A DNA stretch of 64,000 bases from Eledone cirrhosa (lineage: Eukaryota), in the NCBI GenBank assembly GCA_964016885.1, contig OZ024742.1, positions 99,014,001-99,078,000 on the forward strand, read 5' to 3'. Below are positions 26,001 to 41,286 of this stretch, in pieces. Position 1 is the stretch's first letter, and every line of letters begins with the position of its first letter. Position numbers and translations under genes: made by a program. A model generated the notes under the pieces. That model saw only the letters and a program-made list of their open reading frames with translations, searched no databases and had not been told where the DNA came from.

Positions 26001-28368
26001 TGGTGCTATTACGGAGTTAAATATTATAATGAAATGACAGGAGGCTGGATTTGTGTAAATCCTTGAAAGGTTTATTATACTATGATCATTTCAATGACCG
26101 GGTTCCGTATGAATCCGGTGATATCATCAGGTATTCGAAATATAATACGTGAATGTAATAGGTAAAATCCATGGGGCTGAAAATCGAGACCCGAGGGCGA
26201 CTGCTATTCTGTTCCTTCAACCTCAGCCGGTCGCCCTGGAGTGACGTGGCTAAATTTTATAGTATGCTACTACCGGTCAGATGAACGAAAACAGAAAGAG
26301 ATGGGAGCATAGGTTAACGTCGATCCCATGACACAAGGTAAAAGAAAGAAAGAAAGGAAGGAGAAGAAGGGGGAAGAAAGAAGAAGAGAAGTCAGGGTTA
26401 ATGTCAGCTAAAAGAGGAAGGTAACTACTACTGGTCAGATATAGGCAAGCAAGAGGGGGAAGGAAGATAAGTCTGCAGGGAGGAGGAGAGGAGAGAAGGA
26501 AGGGAAGAGAGAAGTAGAAAAGTAAGGGTTGATGGCTACAAGAAGGAAGATAGAAAGGAAGAGGAAGAAAGGTCGATATTAATGTCAGACCACAGTCAAG
26601 CCAGGAGTGGCGCGAGAAAATTTTCACAGGGACCCGCATCTTAGCGGAGATGGATATATTGGGAGTCAGTGTTTTACAGTGTTTAGACTTCTAGGATGAA
26701 GTTAAAAACATTCAATAATCAATATTCAATATTAAAGAGGTTAGAAAATTTAAAGTTCAACAGTTTAACAATTAATTATATAATAGTTCCGATTTGTTCT
26801 GTAATTTAAAGGTACTATTTGGCGGTTAAAACAACGGCCGCGCCCCGGGCCCCATGGCGAATTAAGCCACGCCGAGTATTTTCATTTACTGAAAGAAGGG
26901 GAAATTTATTTTTCCAAGCACTCTAGGTGAGCTCGTTCGCCACGGAGCTGGTCGCGCCGCCATTAAAACCCACCCAACAGTCCCTTCTTTCAGTAAATGA
27001 AAATACTCGGCGTGGCTTAATTAGCCATGGGGCCTGGGGCGCGGCCGGTGTTTTAACCGCCAAATAGTACCTTTAAATTACAGAACAAATCGGAACTATT
27101 ATATATATCAACCTGAAACTGTTGAGCTTTAAGTTTTCTAACCTCTTTAATATGGAATATTGATTATTAATTTATTAATTTTTTAACTTCATCCTATAAG
27201 TCTAAACATTGTAACACACTGACCCCCAATATATTCACCTCTGCTAAGATGCGAGTCCCTGTGAAAATTTTGTCGCGCCACTCCTGGCCCGACTGTGGTG
27301 TGACATTAATATCGACCTTCCTTCCTCTCTCTTTCTATCTTCCTTCTTGTAGCTATCAACCATTACTCTTTTACTTCTCTAAGCTAAATTTTAAAGTTCC
27401 AACTTTCTGTCGGACTGTTGGGTGGGTTTTAATGGCGGCGCGACCAGCTCCGTGGCGAACGAGCTCACCTAGAGTGCTTGGAAAAATAAATTTCTCCTTC
27501 TTTCAGTAAATGAAAATACTCGGCGTGGCTTAATTCGCCATGGGGCCCGGGGCGCGGCCGTTGTTTTAACCGCCAAATAGTACCTTTAAATTACAGAACA
27601 AATCGGAACTATTATATAATTAATTGTTAAACTGTTGAACTTTAAATTTTCTAACCTCTTTAATATTGAATATTGATTATTGAATGTTTTTAACTTCATC
27701 CTAGAAGTCTAAACACTGTAAAACACTGACTCCCAATATATCCATCTCCGCTAAGATGCGGGTCCCTGTGAAAATTTTCTCGCGCCACTCCTGGCTTGAC
27801 TGTGGTCTGACATTAATATCGACCTTTCTTCCTCTTCCTTTCTATCTTCCTTCTTGTAGCCATCAACCCTTACTTTTCTACTTCTCTCTGCCCTTCCTTC
27901 TCTCCTCTCCTCCTCCCTGCAGACTTATCTTCCTTCCCCCTCTTGCTTGCCTATATCTGACCAGTAGTAGTTACCTTCCTCTTTTAGCTGACATTAACCC
28001 TGACTTCTCTTCTTCTTTCTTCCCCCTTCTTCTCCTTCCTTTCTTTCTTTCTTTTACCTTGTGTCATGGGATCGACGTTAACCTATGCTCCCATCTCTTT
28101 CTGTTTTCGTTCATCTGACCGGTAGTAGCATACTATAAAATTTAGCCACGTCACTCCAGGGCGACCGGCTGAGGTTGAAGGAACAGAATAGCGGTCGCCC
28201 TCGGGTCTCGATTTTCAGCCCCATGGATTTTACCTATTACATTCACGTATTATATTTCGAATACCTGATGATATCACCGGATTCATACGGAACACGGTCA
28301 TTGAAATGATCATAGTATAATAAACCTTTCAAGGATTTACACAAATCCAGCCTCCTGTCATTTCATTA

Positions 28369-28375
<7 letters not shown>
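23077..28375. mobile_element. 5.3 kb non-coding Penelope-type insertion: 2804 bp unit, partial tandem copy and 1.4 kb inverted arm, with three HHRs
   Basis: 23077 repeats at 25881 through 26983; 26982-28375 is the reverse complement of ~23217-24609; internal ~0.5 kb duplication at 23703-24720; (TA)n on both sides. Confidence 0.9.
28261..28318 (+). ncRNA. Type I hammerhead ribozyme; minus-strand copies at 23273-23330 and 26077-26134
   Basis: atac CTGATGA tatc-accggattc-atacg-gaac(a/c)cggt-catt GAAA tgatca TA gtat; ATGATCAT palindrome; aataaa follows. Confidence 0.85.
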
Positions 28376-28408
<33 letters not shown>

Positions 28409-28503
28409 GTATAACCGAAGTTGGAGCTGCACCATATATTCATGTCTATCTTTACTCATTTTTATTGCTTGTTTTATAAGCCTAATTAAATAACCTCTTG
28501 TGT

Positions 28504-28534
<31 letters not shown>

Positions 28535-28538
28535 ATAT

Positions 28539-29282
28539 ACAATATGTTGAAAGGTAACACACTAGAGAGACATACAGTGCGCCATCAATAAAACAGGGAA
28601 AAACCACCAGTCGATGGAATCTATAACCTATGAAAGGCAGAATATAGACACGATAATCAAAAATATAAATTAAAGCGTCAATAAATACCTCTATAACTAT
28701 ATAACACACGTACAAATCCAAAGTGATCTGTTTCGCCAGTGAGTTGTTGACGGAAATGAAATAACCCAGGTCCATCAGCGTGTGTAAGGCTATACATTTC
28801 AGACAACACTACGAGAATCTTTTAAGCGGCCGTCCAACTACACGTGGGAGAGAGAAGTCACAGCGTGTTTAAGGGCAGTGAACCAGTAGCCTCTGAGGGA
28901 CGAGCTGCTAGAAAGGGCAGCCCAAAACCACTCAGAGAAAGGTGCTCAACCAAACAGGGAAAGAGGATTATTTCATTTCCGTCAACAACTGGCTGGCGAA
29001 ACAGATCACTTTGGATTTGTACGTGTGTTATATAGTTATAGAGGTATTTATTTACGCTTTAATTTATATTTTTGATTATCGTGTCTATATTCTGTCTTTC
29101 ATAAGTTATAGATTCCATACACTGGTGGTTTTTCCCTGTTTTATTGATGGCGCACTGTATCTCTATCTATCTCTAGTGTGTTACATTTTCAACATATTGT
29201 ATTTTAAAGTGCTCAGGATTTCCTCTCCTTTGAGCACATTATTTACAGGAAACGGCGAGAGTCTATGGCTCCGTTAATGTAT

Positions 29283-29288
<6 letters not shown>
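28539..29288. mobile_element. Family I HHR element, fold-back insertion; others at 41282-41655 and 55985-56853, fragment at ~36310-36368
   Basis: Minus arm 28539-28963 (HHR 28704-28785, core CTGATGG) and plus arm ~28966-29288. Confidence 0.85.
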
Positions 29289-29354
<66 letters not shown>

Positions 29355-29361
29355 TATATAA

Positions 29362-32300
29362 GTCCTGGGTATGACATTAAACTACATCTAATGGCAAGGC
29401 ACCAGTGTGGGAGTTCAGGAGCTGTGGGGAATGTGGAGTTACCCCTTAGTTGTCATAACTCCCAGGTCTCCTCTGACACGGAGTAGTAGTACCTGTTAGG
29501 GCCCCATTTATGGGTTAAATAATTACCTTATTCGAGTGGCGCCGGTAAGCTCTGGTCAGCCATTGAAAAGAAATATGGAGAGTCTATCTAACATCACTAG
29601 GGTTAGAGCCCCTAATTACACTGTCAAGGAGCAGCCTGGTCGTTATGATTCTGTTGGCTTAGAACCACAGGTAGTGCCAGTGGATGATGGATCAGCTGTC
29701 TCTGAGACAAATATAATGAATGCAGTTTTGTCCTGCAGAAGAGCCATCACAATGGGCACTTTGAATGTGAGGACTATTCGGACGCTGGAGAAGAGAGTGG
29801 AGTTGGGACATCTGTTCGAGAAGAGTGGTATACAGATACTTGCGATCCAAGAACACAGGATCCTACACGATGAGCCCGTGAGGAGTGTGATGATTGGGAA
29901 GATGAGCCAGCTCATCACCACATCGGCAGTGAGGAATATGACCAATGCTGCAGTGGGAAAAGTGGGTTTTGTTTTCAGCACAAAAACCATTCTACTGGTG
30001 AGGGAAATAATACCTGTCTCCCCGCGAGTGTTGACGGTGACCTTCAATGGAAACCCAAGACTGACGGTCATCTCACCCTATAGTCCAACCGAGGCAGACA
30101 GTGATGTGAGTGCGGAAGCGTTCCATGAAGATGTGTGTAGAGCTGTCAACACCACACAAGCACAGAACATCCTGCTTGTTTTGGGGGACTTTAATGCACA
30201 TCTGAGTAAGGAGGGCAGTGAAGATCCCTGCTGGTACTTCCATAACAACACCAACCGAAATGGAAGACTACTGAGAGAACCCTGCTTGAGGCGAACTTGA
30301 TAGCGACCAACCTAAGGTTTAGGAAGAATCCGGGGAAGATGTGGACCTACATCTCAGATATGCACCTGTCCAAATCCCAGATTGATTTCATTCTGGTGAA
30401 GAAAAAGTGGCGCAATAGTGTTCAGAACCATACAACTCTTTCAGTACACTGGGTAGTGACCACCGGCTTGTTATGAGTGAGATCCAGGTGAGCTTAAGAA
30501 AGAGCAAGGCTCAGCCCTGGAGAGCAATCTATGACTGGGAGCTTTCAAGGAAGATGATAAGCTACAGGGGAGTTTCACAGTGGAATTGTGGAACAGGTTC
30601 AGTGCTCTGTGTGGAAAGACAGAGGAGAGAGAGATTGGATGGACTGAGGAGAGTGTGACGAGGAGGTACGGGCACTTCACCAATGCAGTGGCGGAAAAAA
30701 GCGAGACCCTGGTGCCGACGAGAAAGAACAAAAGGAAGCACGTCAGCTCTGCAGACCCAAAAGTGTGTGCAGCCAGAGAACACTTGAAAGCTGCCAAGGA
30801 CCAATTCTATGCTGATCCTACGGAGGAGAGGATGGAGACTGTGGAGGTGATGAGGGAAGAACTCCCTACCGCTTACACTGAGGCCAGAGAAGAGGCACTG
30901 ATAGAGAAGATCAGAAGTGTGGAGAGGGCGGTTGACAGGTCTGGATGTAAGGAGAGCTGGATGATCATCAACGAGATCACAGGGAGGAAGAGAAGGTGTT
31001 CGAGTCAGATCCAGGGAACAGGGCCCGTAGATAGGAAGAGGAAGTGGCTAGACCATTTTTGGACCATACTACGAGAGCCGCCCTCCACAGCCCAGAGCAT
31101 TGGGGAGATCAGGCGGCTGTTTGAAGAACTGGATATTGAGACAGATCCCTTCACCAGAGAGGAGCTTCAGAGAGCCAAGAATAAGATCAAGGAGGGCAAG
31201 GCTCATGGAGAAGATGGAGTGGCATCAGAGGTGATGAAGAGGTGTGATTTGGATGATATCCTCCTGGGGTTCTGTAACAAGACACTGGAGAAAGGAGTTG
31301 CCCCGAATCAGTGGAGGATCAGTAACATCGTCCCAGTGCCAAAGAAGGGAGATCTCTCTAACACCAACAACTACCGGGGGATCTCACTGACGTCACTTGT
31401 GGCAAAGACCCTCAACAGGATGATTCTTAACAGGATCCAGCCTGAGATGGAGAAAAAACTCAGGGACAACCAGAACTGCTTCAGAGAGGGAAGATTAACC
31501 ACCAGTCACATCCTGATGCTGAGGAGGATATTAGAGGGAGGAAGAGAAAAGTGCCTTCTTGCGGTCATGGTTTTCATTGACTTTATGAAGGCCTTTGATT
31601 CTGTGGACCGTCACTGCCTGATGAAGATCCTACAGGCTTATGGAATCCCCAAGAAGATAGTGGACCTGATATCACTGCTCTACACCAACACCAAAGCCCA
31701 AGTCATTACACCTAGTGGGATGACAGAGTTCTTTGAGATATTGGCTGGAGTGCTCCAGGGAGATATATTGGCTCCCTACCTTTTTATCATCGTAGAGGAC
31801 TATTTTATGCGCCTTGCACTGGAGAAACACCAGGACTCTGGCTTTACTGTAGCACTGGCTCAGAGCAGGAGAGTTAAGGCGAAAAACATATCGGATGCTG
31901 AATTTGCCGATAACATAGTTTTGGTGACAAACACAGTGAAGGAGGCTGAGGATTTGATGCAGGAGGTTGAGACTGTGTCGATGAGTGTGGGACTGAGAAT
32001 GAATGAGACTAAAACAAAATATCTGCTAGAGAATGTTGAGAAGCCAGAGGAGATCACTAATGTAAACGGGAAGCCGCTAGAATTGGTTGAGGACTTCCTG
32101 TATTTGGGAGCAAAGATTGGGAATACGGAAGATGATGTGGTTGAGAGGAAGAGCAAGGCCTAGGCGGTGTGCCACAGCTTGAGATCGGTGTGGAAGTCGG
32201 ACCTTCGTAAAGACCTGAAAATCCGCCTCTTCATTGCTGTAGTGGAATCTGTGCTGCTGTACGGGTCTGAGAATTGGACACTGACCAAGAAACTCACTCA

Positions 32301-32660
32301 GATGGCGGATGGGTGCTACACGAGAATGCTGAGGATGGCTCCGAACATTAATCAGTATACACTGAGGAGGAAAAACTGAGAGCTGTATGGGAGCCTCCTA
32401 AAAGTCAGCTCAAAAGTGACACAGAGGAGACTGAGGTTAGCTGGACATGCTCACCGACATCCAGATTTGACATTGCACTCAGTGCTCCTGTGGGAGCCCC
32501 TACATGGACACACTGGAAGAGGATGACCAAGGTTAACGTATGTTGATGCCCTAAGGACAGACACTGGTTTGTTGGCGATACAGTACATGGCAGCGATAAT
32601 GAGGGACAGAGACCGCTGGAGAGAACTTGTCTATGGATCTCGGGAATTTTACCCGCCCTA
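29362..32660 (+). mobile_element. Near full-length RTE-clade LINE (APE + RT), disrupted
   Basis: GTLNVRT, LAIQEHR, YSPT, LGDFNAH (29536-30300); PVPKKGDLS..NYRGISL, FIDFMKAFDSV, GVLQGDILAPYLF, FADN (30580-32163); SVLLYGSENW; frameshifts and stops. Confidence 0.93.
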
Positions 32661-32673
32661 GAATATATATATA

Positions 32674-33125
32674 TACTAGCAGAGGTACCCGACGTTGCTC
32701 GGATATTAAATAGCTGTTGTGTATACCATTTATGTCAATACTTCAGTGCTGCTTCGAAAATTATACTTTTACAAAATCATCGGCTTTTTCCAAAAGGGGG
32801 TTCCTGCCCACAGGGGTCCCCTAGCCAATATGTGCCAATTCTGAGAGTTCACATTAATCTGTAGGACAAACGTAGCCCATGTGTCAAGTTTTGTGAAAAT
32901 CGGTTGCGAACTCCAGAAGTTATGACGTTTTGTTGCATTGCACTGCAGTGCTTCAGTCGACTCCAAGTAAGTGGTTAAAGTAGCTAAAGGGGTTATCTGC
33001 CGGGGTGCCCTATAATCAATATCTGGAAAAATGACAGTGCCCATGACCATCCGGAGTACATAAGTAACCTATGTCTTAGGTTTGGTGAAAATACTGTAGA
33101 AATGCATAAGGTTTATACATACACA
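32674..33125 (+). mobile_element. Probable non-autonomous Helitron/Helentron-type element
   Basis: Starts tactagcagaggtacccgacgttgctcgg (CTAG plus short hairpin); internal aagttttgtgaaaatcgg motif typical of such elements. Pattern recognition only. Confidence 0.4.
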
Positions 33126-34697
33126 CGTGCGTTCCTGTGTGTGTGTATGTATTTGTGTGTGGGTGTGTATGTATTTGTGTGTGCGTATATATGTGTATGT
33201 CAGTATGTATGTACATACCATACGTATGTACTGGCCTAAATCTTCACTATTTACTTTTACTATTTTAATAACCTCTGTCATTTTCGTTTTCAATTTTAGT
33301 TACATCATTCTTAAACTCCGGGACTGGAAATCATTCTCTTATTTTAAATAGAATATTAGTCTAACGACTCCATTTATACCATAAACTTGGTCTTGTCTTT
33401 GCATGAAATTGTTCTTCACGCTCCACATAACGACATATTATCCTCGCTTTTTTCCCTTTCATTACCAGGGAACGTCTTCACGAACCAAAATATCGTCTTC
33501 CTGTTTTCCTTCGGTTGCAACTTTTCTCGAAATATTTACGTCTGCATTCACAGATTACTCTCAGTTCAATTTAAATGGGACATTCCTGTTTCATCAATTT
33601 TCTCCGTAACCATGGAAGCTTGTAGCTTGAAAGTCGACCTAACGCCTCTTAGGCTCATTCTGCATAATTATGTACATTTTCGCTGCATTCCACCGAGCCG
33701 TTTCGACGTTTATCCGACTACACCTACATATACAACGTCCGACCACTTCCAATTTATATATTAGATTTGTTTATATATGAATGACAAAAAGAAAAGTACA
33801 AAACTATACATGAATTGTTTCTACTAAAGCTTCAATCTAAGACACAACCTACATATTTGATAGGACCTTCTTCTTCTTCTTCTTCTTCTTCTTCTTCTTC
33901 TTCTTCTTCTTCTTCTTCTTCTTCTTCTTCTTCTATTACTCCCCCTGAAACATTGGGCTGCGAGCCACCCCCACACAACGCCATGTTCTGAGTCTGCTTT
34001 TCAACTCCACCGTGATGCACGGTGCGTCATGGTGTATCTAACCATTTTTTAGGTCTTACTACGGCTGATTTCTTCCAGAGAGAAAGAACGTGATGGCAAA
34101 AGGCAGAGAGGATTCATCCCTGGAGGAATAATAAAAAATGTTTACACTGCACATTTCATTTTTTCAAAGCTAAAGCTGCCGATCCAAAATTAGTAATTCA
34201 ACTCCCTGAAAACTTTCAAATATATGCTGTTCTAGCATGAATGTTATGCTAAGGGGCAGCTGTCCACAAAGTAAGATTTACTTGCATATCGCCGCTCATA
34301 TTAACAGTTCAGGTTGGCTTCTCAATCAGCCGAGACAAACCTACATTTGGCGCAAAATCAATTTTTAACATTCACATGACCTCTACCGACCAATCAAAAT
34401 TGTTTTGACCAGAAGAATTTTTGCAACACGAATTGGCGCGAAACTTATTTTAATACATCTGGAGCCATTTTTTTTCACGTAAAACAGTTAGCATTTCCAA
34501 AACTAATCAGATTAGAGCAAACATCACGGGCGTTCTATTTCAAAATTATTATTTTTGAAAAGCATTAGAAATGCGCAACCGGTAAAAACTTGAAACCAAA
34601 ACTGAATACTAACCAATACTTATTACTAATTTTTACTTATTGCTAATTAAACTATTTTTCACTGGGAACAATTTGTCACCATTTTCTATTCCTTTTA

Positions 34698-34786
<89 letters not shown>

Positions 34787-35224
34787 ATATGTAGTGACGA
34801 AACATAAGTCAATTGCATGAACTCATAATCCTTTATTTACTGCCTTATTTGTATGAAATTGTAAATAACAATGAATATTGAAAGCAACTACGGAAAATGA
34901 CTCATCCAAGAATTAGAACAGCGGGAAATAACTCACCGAACGCGATAGTAAATAGACCGTTTGGGGGCCCTAGGGAACAGATTTTTTTAAGTTAGAGATT
35001 TGAAACCTCGTCTATTTGCTTCCTTGGCACTTTTTACATAGGTGTGTAAATTTTCATGTCCGTCCGACCATGTCTACTACCATTTAACCGTGCACATCTG
35101 AATTTCGACCACCACCCATTTCACAAATATATATTAGATTTTTTTTTTTCCATTTTGACGTTATAGTTACTTATATATTATGAAATAGTGTTGGCTTCAG
35201 GCTCACAATAATTTCTATACTTTC

Positions 35225-35356
<132 letters not shown>

Positions 35357-36360
35357 GAGGTAAGAAAAATAGATCTTCACGTAAATATCATACATACTAA
35401 AACACAAATTACTTACTGCAGAATGAAAAGAGAAACAACATTTGTTACAAGAACACATGAGAGAGCGCTAAAAAAATTTGAAACGGAATTTACAGAATTA
35501 AATTAGACATCTGAAGAAAATAAATCTAAATTAAGGAAATTTAATTCTAAAGACAATTGACCAAATATTGCCCTACTTCTTCCGATTTATTTCAATTTTT
35601 AGAAAATTGTTCTTTCTGCATTAAACATTTTAGGAATGTAAGATTAACAAGAAGAAATTCTTACAAATTTACCATAGCTAATGGAACAAAAACAATCAGC
35701 TTAACTCTTATTAATGACTCTTCTCACTATGCTGTTCTTATTTAAGCCTTCATCATCATTAAAATCGTGATGCTTGTTGTTTTTGTTGTTCTAGTTAGGG
35801 TGTGTGCACTTTATCAGAGTGGATTTGAAGAGAATATTTTTCTTTTTCCTTAAAGACAAATTGCTTACACATGGAATATACATTTAGGGCTACTTTAACG
35901 TTTCTAATTAACGTTTCATCATCATCTTCATAATCAGTAATGGGTGGTCGATAAAAGGAGTCATAAGAACATTGGGCAGGTACTTAACATTATTTGTTCT
36001 GACTCTCTCCGATCTGATTTCACCTCCAGTCTACGACTTTCATCCTTCCGGAGTCTAAATAAATAATGTAACAGCCAAGTACTATACACACACACATACA
36101 CACGCATGCACGCACACACACGCCACAGATATACTCACACACACACACACACACATACACACACATATATGTGTATATATATATATATATATATAATATA
36201 TGTAAGTCGAACATGTTAAAGTTGGCTTCGCTTATTCTAATTCGCTGCTATATATATTTCAGTGACAGCCATTATTGTAAACAACCAACACATACTCAAT
36301 ATATATATCTATTTGACTGATGGCGCACTATCTCTCTCTCTAGTGTGTTATCTTTTCTGC

Positions 36361-36413
<53 letters not shown>

Positions 36414-36577
36414 TAGTTAGTAGGAACGTAGTGTCAGAGTTTCATCATCATATTTATTCACGTGTCATGAGCGTTTTACAATTGATCAGCTCAAGGTACG
36501 TCTCTTAATCTGATGAGCTAGCGATTGCAGAGGTCCGGTGACATCCATATATATATATCATATGTATATATCATGTG

Positions 36578-36618
<41 letters not shown>

Positions 36619-37434
36619 CGAAGGAAATGTGGTAAGGAACCAGGTGGACCATAACGCACCAAAGTACTCAATACTTAGGGTAGTAGAGTGGGTAATAGGA
36701 ACGAGTATGACCCCGATGGCTGAGCTCAAGCCGTATCGCCGGCTAATTCGACCAGAATTAGCCGTCGAAACAGCTTGAGCTCAGCCGTCGGGGTCCTACT
36801 GGTTCCTATATATATATATATATATATATATATGATTTTGTCATTTATTTTGTTTAAGCTTTTCAGTTGACTTGTTTTTTGGCTTAGGTGGTTAATGCCT
36901 TCTTGATCGCCTTCTCAGTTTGTATGGCGTTTGCATATGTTTATAGCTCTGGATTTTTAACCCATGGAGCGCTTGCCAGCATGACACTGAATTTGCGTTA
37001 CGTTTCTTTTTTTCTACCCGCCGAAATGCGATTCTCGCTGAATTTATATTTGTATTAATCTCCCGATTCTTACAATTAACCTGTTAATAATTCTAATGAC
37101 AGATTAATTGCATAAGTTTATCTTAAAAACTAGCCGTGTGATTGCTTATTCGATTTGTGCTATTTATCCTTTTTTTTTGCATGATTTACACATACTGAAT
37201 ACATTTGCCAAATTTCTGCAGCTTTTCCCCTTGTGCGTTACACATCTGCTTTTTACAAAATACTACATCTTTCACAACTCTGGCGCAGAACAAAATTCCT
37301 GGTGATAACGTGATATTCCACGTTCGATCATTACACCAAAAGCTTATGGTTTTAAGCAGACAGTATTATTGATTTCGGTGTCACAGAAACCCTGTATTTG
37401 GATTTTACTATCAATTCCAATGGGTCCAGGTTGG

Positions 37435-37515
<81 letters not shown>

Positions 37516-37778
37516 TATATGTATGATTTTGTCATTTATTTTGTCTGAGCTGTTTAGCTTTACTTGTTTTCTGGCTTAGGTGGTTAATCCCTTCTTGACC
37601 GCCTTCTCAGTTTGTATGGCGTTTATCTGTTAGCACAGGAAAAGTGTGAAACAACAGAATGTTCACTTTTCGTGTTCTTCTAACATATATGCGTAATTCT
37701 TCATAAATTTTCCGGGGATAGCCGTGGTGGTGGTGATCGTATGTCATTGGCTAATTTTCAACCAATCAGAGTAAGTGT

Positions 37779-37822
<44 letters not shown>

Positions 37823-38424
37823 TATTCCCCCTCTCTATATATATATCTTACGCTTTCGCTTTACACTCCTCCCCTTCAATAACACATTTCCCCCTCTCTA
37901 TATATCTCTTATACTGTTACACTTATATTTCCATTTATTTATTACCCCCTCTCTCTATATCTCTTCCACTGTTACTTACGCCTGTTTCTCTCTATCTGTT
38001 CCGTCTCTATATATATCTCTCTTACTCTTTCGCTTTGCACTCCTCCCCTTCAATACCATCTCTCCCCCTCTCTATATATTCGTTACTCTATCGCTGCACG
38101 CTCCTCCCCTTCAATATATCAATTACACACTTACGCTTTACACTCCTTTATCCCCAGCGCCCCTATATATACCCCCCCCCCGCATCTATATTTTAATGTT
38201 CCGTTGCACCGTGAATATATGTGTCTATATATATATACATATATATTGTATATACACATTCATGTATGTGTATACACACTCATGTATGTATATACACTGG
38301 TTTTATGTGTGTATTGTAAATTTGTACTGTTAAAACACGAAACTAACATTCGATTGACACTTTGATTACCTGTACAGGCAATAGTTATTAGAATGCTGTT
38401 GAAGTGTGTATATATTTTTGGTGA

Positions 38425-38575
38425 ATCCGCGATAGTTGAAATGCCAAGTAGCGAGGTATCACTGTATATATGTTTAAATATATAGTGTAGCTGTGAAAAC
38501 TGACTTTAAACGTGTTTCGGTTTACGAGCGCCGCGCCGGAACGAATTAAACTCGTAAACCGAGGTGCCACAGTAT
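38425..38575. mobile_element. Two Tc1/mariner (Tigger-like) terminal inverted repeat remnants
   Basis: gcgaggtatcactgTA (~38450-38466) and ctcgtaaaccgaggtgccacagTA (~38551-38574). Confidence 0.55.
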
Positions 38576-38661
38576 ATATATATATAAAATAAAAGAATTT
38601 ATTCAGTTTTGGGACAATATAATTTTGACTGATAACAAATGTGAAATTCTTAACTAGCATC

Positions 38662-38712
<51 letters not shown>

Positions 38713-38886
38713 ATGAAACTTCTAGGTATGTCACGATGTATCTAACATTACGTTGACACTAATATTTATAAGATAATTTATAATAACAATTACATAATCT
38801 AATTACATTACAACGATTATTTATTATTAATATATATCCTGTTTAACTAGAGTTATTACAAGCGTTGCCTCAAAAAAAATATTAAA

Positions 38887-39841
38887 CTAGACATGAAAAA
38901 TGCGCAAGCTCAAAAGTGCCACAGAATGTTATAATAAACCTTCAAAAGTGTGGGACTAGAGTTGTTGCTAAAATATATTGTAATCATTATATATCGTACA
39001 TCTGTGGCATCCTTTATAAAAATAGCTTAAACCAACGAAGCCTTCTTTTTTACGCTATTTCACTTAGTTAATTCTTAGAGTGTAACATATAAAAATAAAT
39101 ACATCTATGTTTAATATAATAACAGCTATAAATAATTACGTAATATTATTATCATATACTCATAGTAACAAAATAATTATGTTGAAAATTAATATGATGC
39201 TTATATGAACGATCAAATCTATAATGATAATTTCTTAAATATACTAATAGTAAAATAATTTAGTTATCTATTGTTACATTTTCATAGAACTATAATATTA
39301 ACAATCGTATTGCATTATCAAATTTTTATCACTACAAACTTTCATATTGGAATTACCTTAAGCCACTTATTATTACTTCGCTTTCGTACTTTTACAGCTG
39401 TAGATATTGCGCTGTATCTTATATCTAATATCAATATCTCATGGTAATTTGCATGCAGTGTAAAATAGGTTTATTAATAACTTTAATATGAAATGTATTA
39501 TACAGGGTTGCGGAGTCGGCCAAAAATTGACTGGCTCCAACTCAGGATCCGATACTTCATTATTTCCTAAATTTCAGCTCCGCAGCTCTGTTATTATATT
39601 AATTAATTTATTTTATAGTTGTAAATCATATTTTTATATGTTACACTCTAAGAATTAACTAAGTGAAATAGCGTAAAAATAAAGGCTTCGTTGGTTTAAG
39701 CTATTGTTATAAAGGATGCCACAGCATGTACGATATATAATGATTACAATATTTTTTAGCAACAACTCTAGTCCCACACTTTTGAAGGTTTATTATAACA
39801 TTCTGTGGCACTTTTGAGCTTGCGCATTTTTCATGTCTAGT
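38887..39841. repeat. ~210 bp inverted repeats around an AT-rich spacer that holds a small MITE-like insert (39502-39590)
   Basis: 38887-39098 vs 39628-39841; cagggttgcggagtc ... gctccgcagctctg. Confidence 0.75.
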
Positions 39842-39970
39842 AACATATGTTTATAGCTCTGGTTTTTTAAACTATGGAGTGCTTGTCAGCATGATTATGA
39901 ATTTGCGTTACGTTTCGCTTTTTCTATCCACCGAAATGCGAGTCTCGCTGATTTAAAATTTATATATATC

Positions 39971-40001
<31 letters not shown>

Positions 40002-40199
40002 GATATTCAATTTGCTGGTAATTCAACAAATATGAATATTTATAACTGATTTAAAGCACTCGACTGGTTTTCTGGAGTATAATATTCAATGATATTATAC
40101 ATATATATATATAGGGCGGGTAAAATTCCCGATATACATATATATATATATATATATAGCATATATATACGTGTATATATATATATACATATATATATG

Positions 40200-40368
<169 letters not shown>

Positions 40369-40876
40369 GGGAGGGCTCCTTATCTGGGTGGTGTCTTTCT
40401 GTGTTATTGTATTCTTAATATTTCCTATGAAGGCATGTCATTTTTATTGTTGCGTTATATATTTGTCACGTTAGATTATAATCATTAACACATGTTCAAT
40501 TTTAATTTGTTTCCTCAATTTCATCCTAATTTCTTGTTATTCTCAGCTCGTAGCACGATGAAACATTCGTTCAAATTTGCTATGAATTATAATTATAAAA
40601 CAATTTGTTGATCTATCAAAAATGCTTTCTTTTCAACTTTGCTATTTATGTTAAAATTACATGCTATTGAAATTCTATTTCATAAAAGTACAGAAAAATA
40701 TTATATATATATACGTACATGTGTAGCTATATACATATACATGCATGCATATACATTTATATACATATACTTATACATTTATATACATACATACACACAC
40801 ATACACACACATATATATATATTTATATACATATATATATATATATATACATATATATACATATATATGCATATAC

Positions 40877-40936
<60 letters not shown>

Positions 40937-41186
40937 ATATATATATAAACATATATATATATATATATATATATGGGGGGGGGGTATATATGTTTTACTT
41001 TATGATGTAAATTCATATAACATTGAAAATTATTTATTCCACCTAATCTTCTTCAAATGCTTCATGCACAATTTTCTCGAAGGTTGTTTAAATTGCATAC
41101 CCCCCCTCACACACACACACAAACACACACACATATATATATGTGTGTGTGCATGAAGTTTAAACAACCTTCGAGAAAATTGTTTG

Positions 41187-41286
<100 letters not shown>

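Noticed and set aside
29362-29530. Hairpin-forming 5' region of the RTE, possible HDV-like ribozyme
   Set aside because: Could not build the nested double pseudoknot by eye.
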